DNA of 64,000 nt. It comes from Hypanus sabinus (taxonomy: Eukaryota). The first letter of the stretch is position 1; each line of letters begins with the position of its first letter. The notes below the pieces were generated by a model. The model ran no database searches and was not told the DNA's origin. It was given only the letters and a program-made list of their open reading frames with translations. Location of the stretch: positions 27,528,001 through 27,592,000 of the forward strand of contig NC_082731.1 of NCBI RefSeq assembly GCF_030144855.1, in the 5' to 3' direction. The translations under genes and the position numbers were made by a program. Positions 12,965 to 26,036 of this stretch are shown in pieces.

Positions 12965-14091
12965 ATGGCTCCTAAATAGAAACAGAAGAAAGCTACTACT
13001 TTGAAGACCGTGCAAGTCGGCCCGGGAAAAGGCCCAGCCGTCTCGGTGAAGCCTCGCGCTCGTTAGATCTCCTCCAGGTGAAGCGCATGCTTCTTCCGAT
13101 GGTGCAGGACAGGAAGTTGCGGCAATATCAACCGTCTCTAAGAAGAGACAGCAAGAACAACGCATGCGCGAATAAAAGAGTAAGCATGAACAAGTACAAA
13201 TAAAACTACAAGTCCCAGCTACAACTGGAAGTGAAATTGAGAGTGAACCAGAAGTAGAATCAGATTCTCTGGAAAACACAGATGAAGAAATAGATGAAAA
13301 AGAAGAAGAACAGGAAGAAGAAGAGGAGATTAAAGGAGATGTAAGAGAAGTCCTGATACATATAATGCATGAATTAAATGCTATAAAAACAGATATTCGA
13401 AATATACAGATTATGCTTGCTAAAGTGGTGGAAAAACAAAAGAAGACAGACAAGAAAGTTAAAAAGATGGAAGAAAAAATGGAAGAAAACAGTGAAAGAA
13501 GAGATAAGATAGAAGATAATAATCTTGCTTGGACAACAGAAAGAAAACAGATGTTGGAAAAAATAGATGTGCTTGAAAACTTTAGCAGACATAATAATAT
13601 TAAAATTGTTGGTCTTAAAGAAGATATAGAGGGAGAAGGTCCAATAAAATTCTTCCAAGAATGGATTCCGAAAACCTTAGAAATGGAAGAGGGAAGTCAG
13701 GTAATTGAAATTGAAAGGGCCCACAGAGCTTTAAGATCAAAACCTCAACAAGACCAAAGTCCAAGATCAATTTTGATAAAATGCTTAAGATATCAAGATA
13801 AAGAAAAGATCTTGAAGGCAGCTGTCAGGGCGCCAGAAAGAGAAATGGGCCATTGATGATAGAAGGGAAAAGAGTTATTTTTTATCAGGACATAAGTTAC
13901 GATCTTTTGAAGAGGAGGAAGAAATTTAATCCAGTAAAAAAATCCTTCTGGGAAAAGGGTTATAAATTTTATTGAGCTACCCAGCAAAATTGATAATTTT
14001 CCTGGATAACAAAGAAAGAAGATTTTTCACTGACCATCAGAAAGCGGAGAAATTTGTACAAGAACTACCTAATATTCGCAAGATGTGGTAA
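12965..14091 (+). pseudogene. L1c ORF1 (acidic/coiled-coil region plus L1-type RRM/CTD)
   Basis: LENFSRHNNIKIVGLKE...IERAHRAL...PRSILIKCLRYQDKEKIL is a typical L1 ORF1p segment. Interrupted by stops and frameshifts. Confidence 0.9.
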
Positions 14092-14560
14092 AGGATTATT
14101 GAAATGAAATGGACTAAAGATGAAGATTGAGATAAGGTTGGATTTGATGGACATTTATAAGTAGAAGAACATAAATATACTTTAAGTATATGATAGAAGG
14201 GGAATAAGAAAAAAGAAAATAACTGAGGAACATTAACTGGGAGTAGAGATATTAACTTTTTTTTCTCTTCACTTACATGTTTTCTTTATTCTTTTTTTTC
14301 TGTGGGGGAGCTGGAGGAGCTTCTGATCAATGGCTGCGTGTTCCATGTGTACAATCATGGTGATTGCCATGACCCGTAAAATGGGGGGGGGGGGTAAAGT
14401 TGTGTTTCTTTTTATTCACAACATTAGTGGTGGGGTATTTTGTTTTTTTCCCTATATATTAGTTACCTTTCTTCTATTTTTCTTCTTTTTTGCCCGGATG
14501 ATTGGGGAGAGACACATAGCAACATGGAAAATTTTAAAGGGATTCTCCAAGGCATTATGA

Positions 14561-17500
14561 ATGATTAATTTACTTAATTTTCTAAGCTTTAATGTCAATG
14601 GACTTAATGGACCTGTGAAAAGAAAAAGAGTTTTAACATATATTAAGAAAATGAAAGGAGATATAGCTTTTCAGCAGGAAACACATTTAACAGAGATAGA
14701 ACATAAGAAATTGAAAAGAGAGATTGGGTTGGAAGTGTTATTGCAGCCTGATTTAATTCAAAATCAAGGGGAGTTGCAATTTTGGTCAATAGAACCTTAC
14801 CAATTAAAATACAAAGTGTAGTAATTAACTCTGTGGGGAGATATGTGATTATACATTGTCAGATCTTTTCGGAATTACGGACTCTTATGAACATTTATGT
14901 GCCAAATGAAAATGATGCAAAATTCACACAAGAAGTTTTCTTGAACTTGGCTGTTGCACATGAAAAAATATTAATAGGTGGTGATTTTAATTTTTGTTTA
15001 GACCCAGTTTTAGATAGGTCAACTAAAGTTGTTACAATATCAAAAGTAATAATGTTAACTTTATCATTAATGAAAGATTTAAATCTGATTGATATATGGA
15101 GAAAAATTAATCCAAAAGAAAGAGACTATTCATTTTATTCAAATAGACATAAAACTTATTCAAGGATTGATTTTTTTCCTATAATCAAAAAATATTCAGG
15201 ATAGAGCGAAAAGTGTGGAATATAAAGCAAGAATATTGTCAGATCATTCCCCCTTGATAATGACAGTGATAATGATGGATAAGGAGGAATCCATTTATAG
15301 ATGGTGATTTAATTCAATTTTATTAAAACGTTAAGACTTTTGTGATTTTATGAAAGAACAGATTCTTTTTTTTTGGATACAAATTTGCATTCAGTTGAGG
15401 ATAAATTTGTATTATGGGAAGCGATGAAAGCAAACTTGAGGGGTCAGATAATAAGTTATACATCTAAAATTAAGAAGGAATATATGGCAGAAATAGACCA
15501 ATTAGAAAAAGATATTACAAAATTAGAAAAAGAATCTCAAAGATACATGACAGAAGAAAAATGAAGACAACTTGTTAATAAAAAATTACAAAATACACTC
15601 CAGACATATAGAACAGAAAAGGTAATTATGAGAACTAAACAGAGATATTATGAATTAGGTGAAAGATCACACAAAATTCTTGCTTGGCAGTTGAAAACAG
15701 AACAGGCTTCTAAAACAATAAATGCAATTAGAATGAGTGCAAATAAGATTACTTATAAACCTTTAGAAATTAATGAAACTTTGAAAAAATTTTATACTGA
15801 ACTATATCAATCAGAATCACAAAATAAGATTGCTGAGATAGATAAATTTTTATCACAAATAACTCTTCCAAAATTAAATTTGGAAGAACAGAAAGGATTA
15901 GATATGCCCTTTACATTAAAAGGCGTTGAAGAAGCTTTAGGATCACTTCAGAGTAATAAATCCCCAGGAGAAGACGGTTTTCCGCCTGAATTTTATAAAA
16001 AATTTAAAGATTTATTAATCCCTCCTTTTATGGAATTAATATATCAAGTGGAAAGAATGCACAAACTCCCACAATCTTTTTCAACAGCGATCATAACTGT
16101 ATTGTCCAAAAAAGATAGAGATCCTTTAAAACCAACATCATATAGGCCTATCTCCTTGTTAAATACAGATTATAAAATAATAGCAAAAATTTTATCAAAT
16201 AGAATATCTAAATATCTACCAAAATTAATACATATGGATCAAACAGGCTTTATTAAAAACAATCAAAAGACAATATAACTCAGTTACTTAGCATAATTCA
16301 TTTGGCACAAAAAAAAAGAGGAAATGAGTGTGACAGTTGCCTTGGATGCAGAAAAAGCATTTGATAGATTGGAATGGGATTTTTTTATTTAAGGTATTGG
16401 AAAAATACGAGTTAGGAAAAATGGATTAAAACCTTAAATATTAATCCTCAAGCTAAAGTAGTTACAAATGGTCAGATTTCAACACCATTTTGCTTAATAA
16501 GGTCAACTAGACAAGGTTGCCCATTATCACCTGCCCTATTTGTATTGGCGATAGAACCATTAGCTGAAATAATTAGAACAGATTCAGATATTATGGGCTT
16601 TAGAGCTAACCAAGAAGAATATAACGTTAATTTATTTGCTGATGATGTTCTGATTTATTTAACAAACCCATTGCAATCACTGCAAGAACTATCTTTTAGA
16701 TTGGAAGAATATGGGGAAGTATCAGGGTATAAAGTAAACTGGGATAAAAGTGAAATTTTACCCTTTACCAAAGGAGATTATAGTCAATGTCGATTAGTAA
16801 CTCAATTTTGATGGCCAATAAATGGGATAAAATATTTAGGTATAAGAGTTGATAATGATGTAAAGAATTTATATAAACAAAACTATTTGCCATTATTAAA
16901 AAAAATAAAAGAAGATTTTGATAAATGGATGATGTTACCAATAACATTAATAGGTAGAGTTAATGCTGTAAAAATGAATATATTTCCTAGATTGCAATAT
17001 TTATTCCAAACTTTGCCAATACAGCTGCCTCAGAAGTTTCTTCAAGAATTGAATTCATATGTGAGGAAGTTTCTTTGGAAAGGAAAGATATCAAGAATAT
17101 CATTGGAAAAATTGACATGTAAATTTGAATTAGGAGGGTTACAACTTCCAAATTTTAAGAATTATTATAAAGCAAATCAACTTAGATTTGTTGCATCCTT
17201 TTTTGATTAAGAAAAACCGACATGAATTAGAATAGAACTAGATAAGATAGGAGAAAATATACCAGAAGATTTTATATATAAATGGGAATCCAAATGGATA
17301 TGGGAAAAGAAAGAATCTCTTATATTAAGACATTTGATTGATTTATGGAATAAGGTAAATATGGACGATGAGATAAAGAAAGCTTTATTAACAAGAAGAA
17401 CCTTAATTTAAAATAGGCTTATTCCTTTTACAATGGATAATAAACTTTTACATACCTGGTTTCAAAAGGGGATTAAATATATATAGGTGACTGTTTTGAA

Positions 17501-18334
17501 GGAGGTGTATTGATGTCATTTGATCAATTAAAAAATAAATATAAAATATCAGATAACACCCTTTTCTGTTATTTTCAATTAAAGGCCTATTTAAAAGATA
17601 AACTAGGTCAAACAATATTAATGTCAAAACCTAATGAAATAGAAATATTAATTCAAAAAGGAATAATTAAAAAAATAGATCTTGCATGTACAATTTGATT
17701 CAAAAACAAGCAATTAAACCAGGAATTCATAAATCAAGACAAAAATAGGAATCTGATTTGAATATTAAAATTGATGGAAAAAATTGGTCAAGATTATGTT
17801 TTGATAGTATGATAAATACAATAAGTGTCCATCTTAGATTAGTACAATATAATTTTTTACATCAATTATATATAACACCACAGAAAATAAATAGTTTAAA
17901 TTCAAATCTATCTGACCAATGTTTTCGATGTAATCAAGAAATTGGTACTTTTTTACATTCTACTTGGTCTTATTTTAAAATTCAACCATTTTGGATAAAT
18001 TTAAGACTTTTATTGGAACAAATTATTGGAGTACAACTCCCACATAGCCCAATATTATTTTTTACTAGGTGACATTGAAGGGATAATACCGAAACTTAAA
18101 TTGAATAAGTATCAGAAAAAATTTATAAAAATTGCATTGGTAGTAGCCAAAAAAGTTATTGCAATTACTTGGAAATCAGATTTATATTTGACTATGGATC
18201 ATTGGAATAATGAAATATATAGCTGCATTCCACTTGAAAAAATTACTTATAATCTAAGAAATAAATATGATATATTTTTGAAAATTTGGCACCCATATCT
18301 ACAAAAGATAGGATTAAATATACAGGTCCTTTGA
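14561..18334 (+). pseudogene. L1c ORF2 (EN-RT-Cys-rich)
   Basis: SFNVNGLN, QETHL, GGDFN, KTYSRIDFF, SNKSPGEDGF, YRPISLLNTDYKI, LFADDVL and CFRCNQEIGTFLHSTW. Split by frameshifts and stops. Confidence 0.93.
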
Positions 18335-20103
18335 AGATAAAATTACAAAGCAATGGGGAAAATAAAAATTAAAATTAAAATTATTTTGAACTCCACGGAG
18401 CATGTGGGGATCCTCCGATATTCAGGCAATCTTTCTTTCTTTCTTTCCTTTATTTTTTTTTCTTTTTTTTAGATAGGGGTTAAGGGGGGGAGGGTTAAGG
18501 GGAGGGGGAGGGTCAATATTATTTTTTTACTATTCTAATATTCCATTCATTCTATGTAATTCTCTTAAAATGTAATAAATAAATAGTAATAAAAAAAGAA
18601 TGTGTCAGCAAGACTGATCAATACAACTTTGACAGAGTCATTTCCAATGCCTCATCTGAAGGAATTCTATCAGAGGAGCAACTTATCAATGAAATTCCAT
18701 GGAGACAATTGAATACAATATCATGACATAACTACATAAAATTATAAACAGTAAAACAGTCATGTAATATTATTAACACTAAATTAATTTTATTGCAATT
18801 TAATTAAAAATCAATCCTAATCCCGTGGAATCGATCTTAAAAACAATACAGTTTTTATTCATTCGTCATGATACAACATAACTATGGATGCCTTTTAGTT
18901 ATTTATTCATGGGATTTGAGTAGAACACCATTTCTTTCCCATCCCAACTGCTCTTGTACTGGGTGGATTACTGAGCCATTTCACAGAGCAGTTAAAGGTC
19001 AGTTACATTACTGTGGGCCTGGAGACATATACAGGCCAGACCAGGTAAAGTCAGCAGATTCCCTTCCCTGAAACATGTCAGTCATGCGTTTAGACACCAA
19101 TCCATTTCTCAAAGCCACAGTTACATGTTTAATGAACTGACTTCAAAGATCCCAGCTGCCGTGATGTGATCTGAACTTGCATATGAACATCACACACTCA
19201 GCTTCATGATTCAGTTCTCAGTAACTATCACTCACTCAACGCCATATCTGTTGCTCAGCAACCAGACTCATGCCCACTCTCAGATTTCAGCCAACTACAA
19301 AGGCAGGATGTGCAACAACTGAGGATCCTACCTTGCCACTGGCCTCTGCGATCCCCTGGGAATGTCGGTTCACAACCCTGGCCTGCCTCTCCTTCTTTCC
19401 CGCCATGAGAACATGCTGCCAGTCCTCCAGTATATTTTACACTCTTCACTGCTCACAGCAACAGCTTTGTCTTCTGCTTCCTGTTTGTATCTCTGCCTCT
19501 CTCTTTCTCTCTCTGTCAGCTAAGGGCTCTGACAGCCTGTTTGTACACAGTGCAGGCAGCTTGTCAGAGCCAGCTTCTGACCTCGTGCACTGTGGGGTGG
19601 GAGGGAGAAATGAGGCAACAAATTGAAGGTCTGAAAAGTCTGAAATGACCTTAAAGAAAGTGGAAAGAGAGAGAGAAAGGTCAGGCAGAGAGAGAGATGC
19701 AAGGATGGGAATGGAGGGAGAGATCACAGGGTAAAAGGGACAGACGCTCCAAGACCAGTGTTCTGGCCTAATTCACAAATACAAGCCATGTTCCTCACTG
19801 TGCTTTGGCACTGGGAATCTCCCCCACTATGTGAATGTTTGTGTCTTCAAAACCGTATCCAATTATACTTTCACACAACACTGAATAAGGGGGCATTTCC
19901 CTGGAGACGGACTGAGAATTGTTCCTTTGAATTTTATCCTGGGTCTTTATCCAATGATTATTGATACCTGTCTGAAGGAGTCCTCTCATTGATGGGAATC
20001 GATCCCATATTCCTGAGTATTAGATGGCAGGTGCCACTAAAATAGAAGGTATTGTAGAAAGTGGACACATTGTATTTTACTGCGACCTTGCACACGGAGC
20101 AGG

Positions 20104-20330
20104 AACACACACAAAATGCTAGTGGAATGCAGCATGCCAGACAGCATCTACAGGAAGAAGTACAGTCAACGTTTCAGGTCGAGACCCTTCACCAGTCCTG
20201 ACGAAGGGTCTCGGCCCAAAACGTCAAATGTACTTCTAACTATAGATGCTGCCTGACCTGCTATGTTCCACCAGCACTTTGTATGTGTTGCTTGAATTTT
20301 CAGCATCTGCAAATTTCCTCATGTTTGTGT
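20104..20330. mobile_element. Penelope-derived fold-back (inverted pseudo-LTR) element with two head-to-head hammerhead-like motifs
   Basis: Arms of about 90 bp are imperfect inverted repeats around 20196-20197. The central 28-bp arms match at 22/28. The sequence is the same as the Penelope 3' ends at 25904 and 27423. Confidence 0.8.
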
Positions 20331-20344
20331 TTTTAAATTCACAG

Positions 20345-21782
20345 GGAGCAGGAATTCAGTTCTTCAGACCTTTCAGACATTTTCTGGGACAGATAGGATA
20401 TGTACGAATAATTTTGCACCTTTATTTAAGAAGGGCTGCAAATAAAACTAAATGCTAGGAACTATAGACTGGTAAACTCAATATCTTTGGTATGAAGTTA
20501 ATATAATAGAGCAAATATTGGTGGGAAGTTAGATTGTGAAGATTTTAAAAAACACCAGAAGGCAACAAAACAAGTTTTAAAGAAGCAAAAGATGGAACAC
20601 AAAAATCTTAAAGAGGATACTAAAAGTTTCTTCAGACACATAAAGTGTAAAGGAGAGGTGAGAGTGGATATCAAATCACTGGAAAACGATGCTGGAGAGG
20701 TCATAATGGTGACAAGGAAATGGTCGATAAACTGTATAACGATCCTGCATCAGGCTTCACTGTGGAAGACACTAGCAGTATGCTGGAAGTTCAAGAGAGT
20801 CAAGGGGCAGAACGGGGAGATGCTGCCATTACTAGGGAGAAGGTTCTTGAGAAACTGAATGGTCTAAAGGTACATAAATCACCTGGTCCAGTTGGTATAC
20901 ATCCAGGTTCTGAAAGAGGTGGCTGAAGAGATTGTGGAGACATTAGTAATGATCTTTCAAGAATCACTAGATTCTGGAATGGGTCCAGAAGACTGGAAAA
21001 CTGCAAATGTCACTCCAAGAAGGGAGCGAGGCAGAAGAAAAGAAATTATAGGCCTGTTAGTCTGACCTCAGTGGTTTGGAAGATGTTGGAGTCGATTGAT
21101 AAGGATGTGGTTTTGGAGTACTTTGAACAACATAATAAAATAGGCCATGGTCAGCATGGTTTCCTCTGCTGAATATCTTGCCTGATGAATCTGTTGGAAT
21201 TATTCAACAAAATACAAAGCAGAATAGACAAAGGAGAATTCGTGGATGTTGTGTACTTGGATTTTCAGAAGGCCTTTGACAAGATGCCACACATGAGGCT
21301 GCTTTACTAGTTACAAGCCCATGGTATTACAGGAAAGATACCAGCATGTATAAAGTGGCTGATTGACAGGACGCAAAGAGTAGGAAGAAAGGGAGCCTTT
21401 TCCAGTTGGTTGCCAGTGACTAGTGGTGTTCCACAGGGTTCTGTGTTGGGACTGTTTCTTTGTAAAGTTTTCAGATGATCTGAAGATAGGTGGAGGGCCA
21501 GCTAGTTTTGAGGAAGTAGAGAGGCTACAGAAGGATTTAGACAGATTAGGAGAATGGGCAATGATGTGGCAGATGGAATAGTGTCAGGAAGGGTTTGGCC
21601 ATACACTTTGGTAGATGAAATAAGAGGGTAGACTATTTTCTATATGGAGAGAAAATTCAAAAATATGAGGTGCAAAGGGTCTTGGGAGTCCTTGTGCACA
21701 ATTCTCTAAAGATTAATTTGCAGGCAGAGTCAGCGGTGAGGAAGGCAAACGCAATATCAGCATTGATTGTAAGAGGACTGAA
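20345..21782 (+). mobile_element. Decayed CR1 LINE ORF2 fragment
   Basis: KVHKSPGP, NYRPVSLTS, DFQKAFDK and GVPQGSVLG remnants. Confidence 0.85.
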
Positions 21783-22247
21783 ATATTGTACGCAGCCAAT
21801 CAGTAGCCTCAACACAGCTCTACGAACTAACTATACAGAAGGTATAAGCCGAGTGGCCATTATCGGGAGTAGGCCAGTGGCAAGAGTAGAAGTGACAGGT
21901 TTTGGCTCGGAAGAGGCATCGGCTCTGTGTAAAGCTTCTGTTAAGGTTTCCTTTTTCTCTTTTTTCCCTCTCTTGCTGTTCTATTTAAATGGCTGTGGTG
22001 TGTTCTTCGTGCCAGATGTTAGATCGTGGGAGACCCAGAGTGTCCTGGGGAACTACATCTGTGTGAAGTGCATCTGGTGCAGCTCCTTGAAGACTATGTT
22101 AAGGATCTGGAGCACAGCAACTGGATGACCTTCAGCTTGTATGGGAGAATGAGGACATAATTGATCAAAGTTACAGAGAAGTAGTCACCCTGAAGTTGCA
22201 GGAGGCGAGTAGCTGGGTGACTTTCAGGAGAAATGGAATAAAGGCAG

Positions 22248-22461
22248 TGATGCACCATCAATAACTCACACTGAGACGTAAGGCGAGATATCGGCTTTTA
22301 TTGACTGAAGAAGGAACCAGCAGTGAGTGACCATCATATTACATCCTGGAGAATGAGGCAGAGGATTAGACCTGAATCGCCTTTATACAGGGGCCTGTGG
22401 GAGGAGCCACAGGAGCAGTCAGCAGGGGGTGTGTCCAGACAGGCACATGTAGTTCACCACA
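22248..22461 (-). mobile_element. Solo LTR (214 bp) inserted in CR1 ORF1
   Basis: TG..CA ends and a 5-bp GGCAG TSD (22243-22247, 22462-22466). TATA-like TATAAAG and AATAAA occur on the minus strand. Removing it restores the CR1 sequence. Confidence 0.85.
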
Positions 22462-22811
22462 GGCAGTTAGAGCAGAGCACCCCTGTGGCCATTCCCCTCA
22501 AATGTATCCGCTTTGGATACTTTTGTGGTGGATAACCTCCCGGGAGAATGCTGCAGCCACCAGCTTACAGGCACTGACCATGGGTCCGTGGTGCAGAAGT
22601 GAAAGCGAGAGAAGAAGGGAGCAGTAGTGATAGTGGATTCTGTAGTGAGAACAGACAGGGCATTCTGCGAATGTGAATGGGACAGCTGGATGTTATGTTG
22701 CCTCCCAGGTGCCAGAGTCAGGGATATCTTAGATTGCATTCACAAACATTTTGGAGAAGGAGGGGGAGCAGCCAGATGTCTTGGTACATATTGGTACCAA
22801 TGACATAGGTC

Positions 22812-23697
22812 CAAGTATTGCTGGTAGAATCGCAGGTGGTGGTGAGAGGGCATACAGGATCGTGATATGCCAACTATTGGAGAGGTGCCGCAGCAATAGC
22901 CTGACACTCAACGTCAGTAAGACGAAAGAGCTCATTGTGGACCTCAGGAAGGATAAGTCGAAGGAACACATACCAATCCTCAGAAGGATCAGAAGTGGAG
23001 AGAGTGAACAGCTTCAAGTTCCTGGGTGTTAAGATCGCTGAGGATCTAACCTGGTCCCAACATATCGATGTATTTATAAAGGCAAGACAGTGGCAATATT
23101 TTATAGGAGTTTGAATAGATTAGATAAGTCAACAAATACACTTAAAGACTTCTATAGTTGTACTGTGGAGAGTAATCTGACAGGCTGCATCACTGTCTGG
23201 TATGGAGGGGCTAGTGCACAGGACAGAAAGAAGCAGCAGAATGTTGTAAATCTAGTCAGTTCCATCTTGGGTACCAGCCTACAAAGTACCTAGTACATCT
23301 TTAGGAAGCAGTGTCTCAGAAAGGCAACACCCATTATTAAGGACCCCCAACACCCAGGGCACGCGTTTTTCTCATTGTTACCACCAGACAGGAGGTACAG
23401 AAGCCTGAAGGCACACACTCAGCGATTCAGACAGCTTCTTCCCCTCTGCTAGCCAATTCCTAAATGGACGTGGAATTTTTGGACACTACCTCACTTTATT
23501 TTAATATACAGCAATTCTGTTTTTGCACATTTAAAAAAATCTATTCAATATATGTAATTGATTTACTTGTTTATTTATTATTTTTATTGTATTTATTATT
23601 ATTATTTCTCTGCTAGATTATTGCATTGAACTGCTGCTGCTAAGTTAACAAATTTCACATCACATGCCGGTGAAAATAAACCCGATTCTGATTCTGA
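22812..23697 (+). mobile_element. Rex1/Babar LINE 3' fragment
   Basis: NSLTLNVSKTKELIVDLR and YSCTVESNLTGCITVWYG. The 3' end reads AATAAA-CCCGATTCTGATTCTGA. Confidence 0.85.
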
Positions 23698-23837
23698 AAA
23701 GAGAACTTAGAGAGCTAGGTAGAAAGCTGAGAAGCAGGACCTCCCGGGTCCAGCGGGACCTCTGGATTGCTGCCTGTGCCACACGTCAGTGAGGGTAGAA
23801 ACAGGATGATCAGGCTGATAAATGCGGGGCTGATAAT

Positions 23838-24525
23838 TGAATTGAATTGACTTTATTTCTTATATCCTTCACAGACATGAGGAGTAAAAATCTTCATGTT
23901 ACATCTCCATCTAAATGTGAAATGTGCAATCAAAATAATTTATAATAATCTATAATAAATAGACTAGTCAATGAAACATAGAAATACACCCATATCAGTG
24001 TGAGTTAATCAGTCTGATGGCCTGGTAGAAGAAGCTGTCCCGGAGTCTGTTGCTCCTGGCTGTTAATCTGCGGTACCATTCCTTGGGTGGTAGCAGCTGG
24101 AATAGATTGTGATTGGGGTGACTCGGGTCCCAATGATCCTACGGACCCTTTTCACACCTGTCTTCGTAAATGTCGTGAATCATGGAAATTCACAACTGCA
24201 GATGCACTGGGAAGTCAGCAGATTCCTGCGATTAAGGCAGGTACAGTTCCCATACCAAGCAGTGATGCAGCCAGTCAGGATGCTCTCAATTGTGCCCCTG
24301 TGGAAGGTTCTGAGGATTTCCGGGCCCATACCAAACTTCCTCAATGGTCTGAGGTAAAAGAGGCGCTGTTGTGTCTTTTTCACCACAGAGCTGGTCTATG
24401 CAAACCACATGAGGTCCTCGTGATGTGGATGCTGAGGAACTTAATGTTGTTAACCCTCTCAATCCCATCCATTGATATCAATAGTGGTTATGCCGCCTCC
24501 ATTCCTCCTGTAATCCTCAACCAGT
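23838..24525 (-). mobile_element. Rex1/Babar LINE 3' fragment
   Basis: MVKKTQQRLFYLRPLRKFG...TIESILTGCITAWYGNC, with a (TCAAT)n tail at about 23838-23850. Confidence 0.85.
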
Positions 24526-25365
24526 AGGGGGCAGGGCTTCAGGTTTTTGGATCATTGGAATCTCTTCTGGGGTAGGTATGACCTGTTCAAAAGTGATGGG
24601 TTGCACCTGAGCCCAAGGGTGATCGATATTCTCACAGGCAGGTTTCTAGAGCTGTTGGGGAGGGTGGGAACGAGAGTGAAGGGACTCAGGATAGGACAGA
24701 TGGTAAAAAAGTAAAGATAGCCTGCAGTCAGACTGTCAGGAAAGGCAGGAAGTGATGGGATGTAGTTGCACCAGACAGTCTGAGTATCAACTTATTAGAG
24801 ATGCAGAATCAGAAAGGAGAGCAAATACGGTACTCAAGGTGTTGTATCTCAATCTGCATAGTATCCAGGTATGATGTTGTGGCCATCACGGAATCAGGGC
24901 TGAAGGTTGGTTGTAGTTGGGAGTTGAATGTCCAAGGTTACACGTTATATCGGAGGGATAAGAAGGTAGGCAGAAGGAGTAGTGTGGCTCTCCTGGTAAA
25001 GAATGGCATCAAATTAATGTAAAGATGTGACATAGGATCGGAATCCTTGTGGGTTGAGTTAAGAAACTGCAAGGGTAAAAGGACGTTGATGACAGTTTTA
25101 TACAGGCCTCCCAACAGTGGCTGAGAGGTGGACCACAGGTTACAACAGGAACTAGAAAAGGCAAGTCAAAAAGGCAATTGATAGTCTTGAGAGATTTTAA
25201 CATGCAGGTCAATTGGGAAAATCAGGCTGGTAATGGATCTCAAGAGTGTGTGTTTGTTGAATGCCTAGGATATAGTTTTTTAGAGCAGCTGAGCTGACTA
25301 GCGGATCAGCTATACTGCATTGGCTATTATATAATGAACTGGAGGTAATTAGGGAGCTCAAGCCC

Positions 25366-26036
25366 AGTGTGGCCTTTTATATATTGGCAAGACCCGACGC
25401 AGACTGGGAGACTGTTTCGTGGAACACCTACGCTCGGTCCGCCAGAAAAAGCAGGATCTCCCAGTGCCCACACATTTTAATTCCACGTCCCATTCCCATT
25501 CTGATATGTCTATACATGGCCTCCACTACTGTCAAAATGATTCTTAACTCAGGTTGGAGGAACAACACCTTATATACTGGCTGGGTAGCCTCCAAGCTGA
25601 TGGCATGAACATTGACTTCTCTAACTTCCGTTAATGCCCCTCCTCCCCATCTTACCCCATCCCTGACATATTTAGTTTGTTTGCCTGTTCTCCATCTCCC
25701 TCTGGTGCTTCCCTCCCCCCTTTCTTTCTCCTGAGGCCTCCTGTCCCATGATCCTTTCCCTTCTTCAGCTCTGTATCACTTTCGTCAATCACATTTCCAG
25801 CTCTTAGCTTCATCCCACCCCCTCCAGTCTACTCCTATCATTTCACATTTCCCCCTCCCCCTTCTACTTTCAAATCTCTTACTATCTTTCCTTTTGGTTT
25901 GTCCTGACGAAGGGTCTCAGCCCGAAACATCGACATCACTTCTCCCTATAGATGCTGCCTAGCCTGCTGTGTTCTACCAGCATTTTGTGTGTGTTGTTGT
26001 TTGAATTTCCAGCAACTGCAGATTTCCTCATGTTCG
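25366..26036 (+). mobile_element. Penelope-like element 3' end (GIY-YIG C-terminus, pyrimidine-rich UTR, hammerhead motif)
   Basis: CGLLYIGKTRRRLGDCFVEHLRSV...HFNSTSHSHSD...RLEEQHLIYWLGSLQADGMNIDFSNFR-stop, then CTGACGA...GAAAC at 25904-25931. Confidence 0.9.

Larger units (their letters stand above)
12812..18597 (+). mobile_element. Full-length decayed L1/Tx1-like LINE (L1c)
   Basis: G-run 5' end, ORF1, a ~470-bp spacer, ORF2, 3'UTR and an AATAAA/A-rich tail. An 11-bp TSD GAATGTGTCAG flanks it (12801-12811, 18598-18608). Confidence 0.95.

Noticed and set aside
12953-13453. 166-aa Ser-rich minus-strand ORF
   Set aside because: It is the antisense of the Glu/Lys-rich L1 ORF1 region.
18601-18720. 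CARD/death-fold-like helix pattern (NFDRVISNASSEGILSEEQL; also LNQILGKLLEEQVMTWDQI near 38800)
   Set aside because: Only a short amphipathic pattern. The EEQL part depends on an indel relative to the paralogous copy, so it is too weak to name without an HMM search.
19813-19822. Perfect NF-kB consensus GGGAATCTCC
   Set aside because: Not conserved in the paralogous block near 39615, and a single 10-mer is expected by chance.
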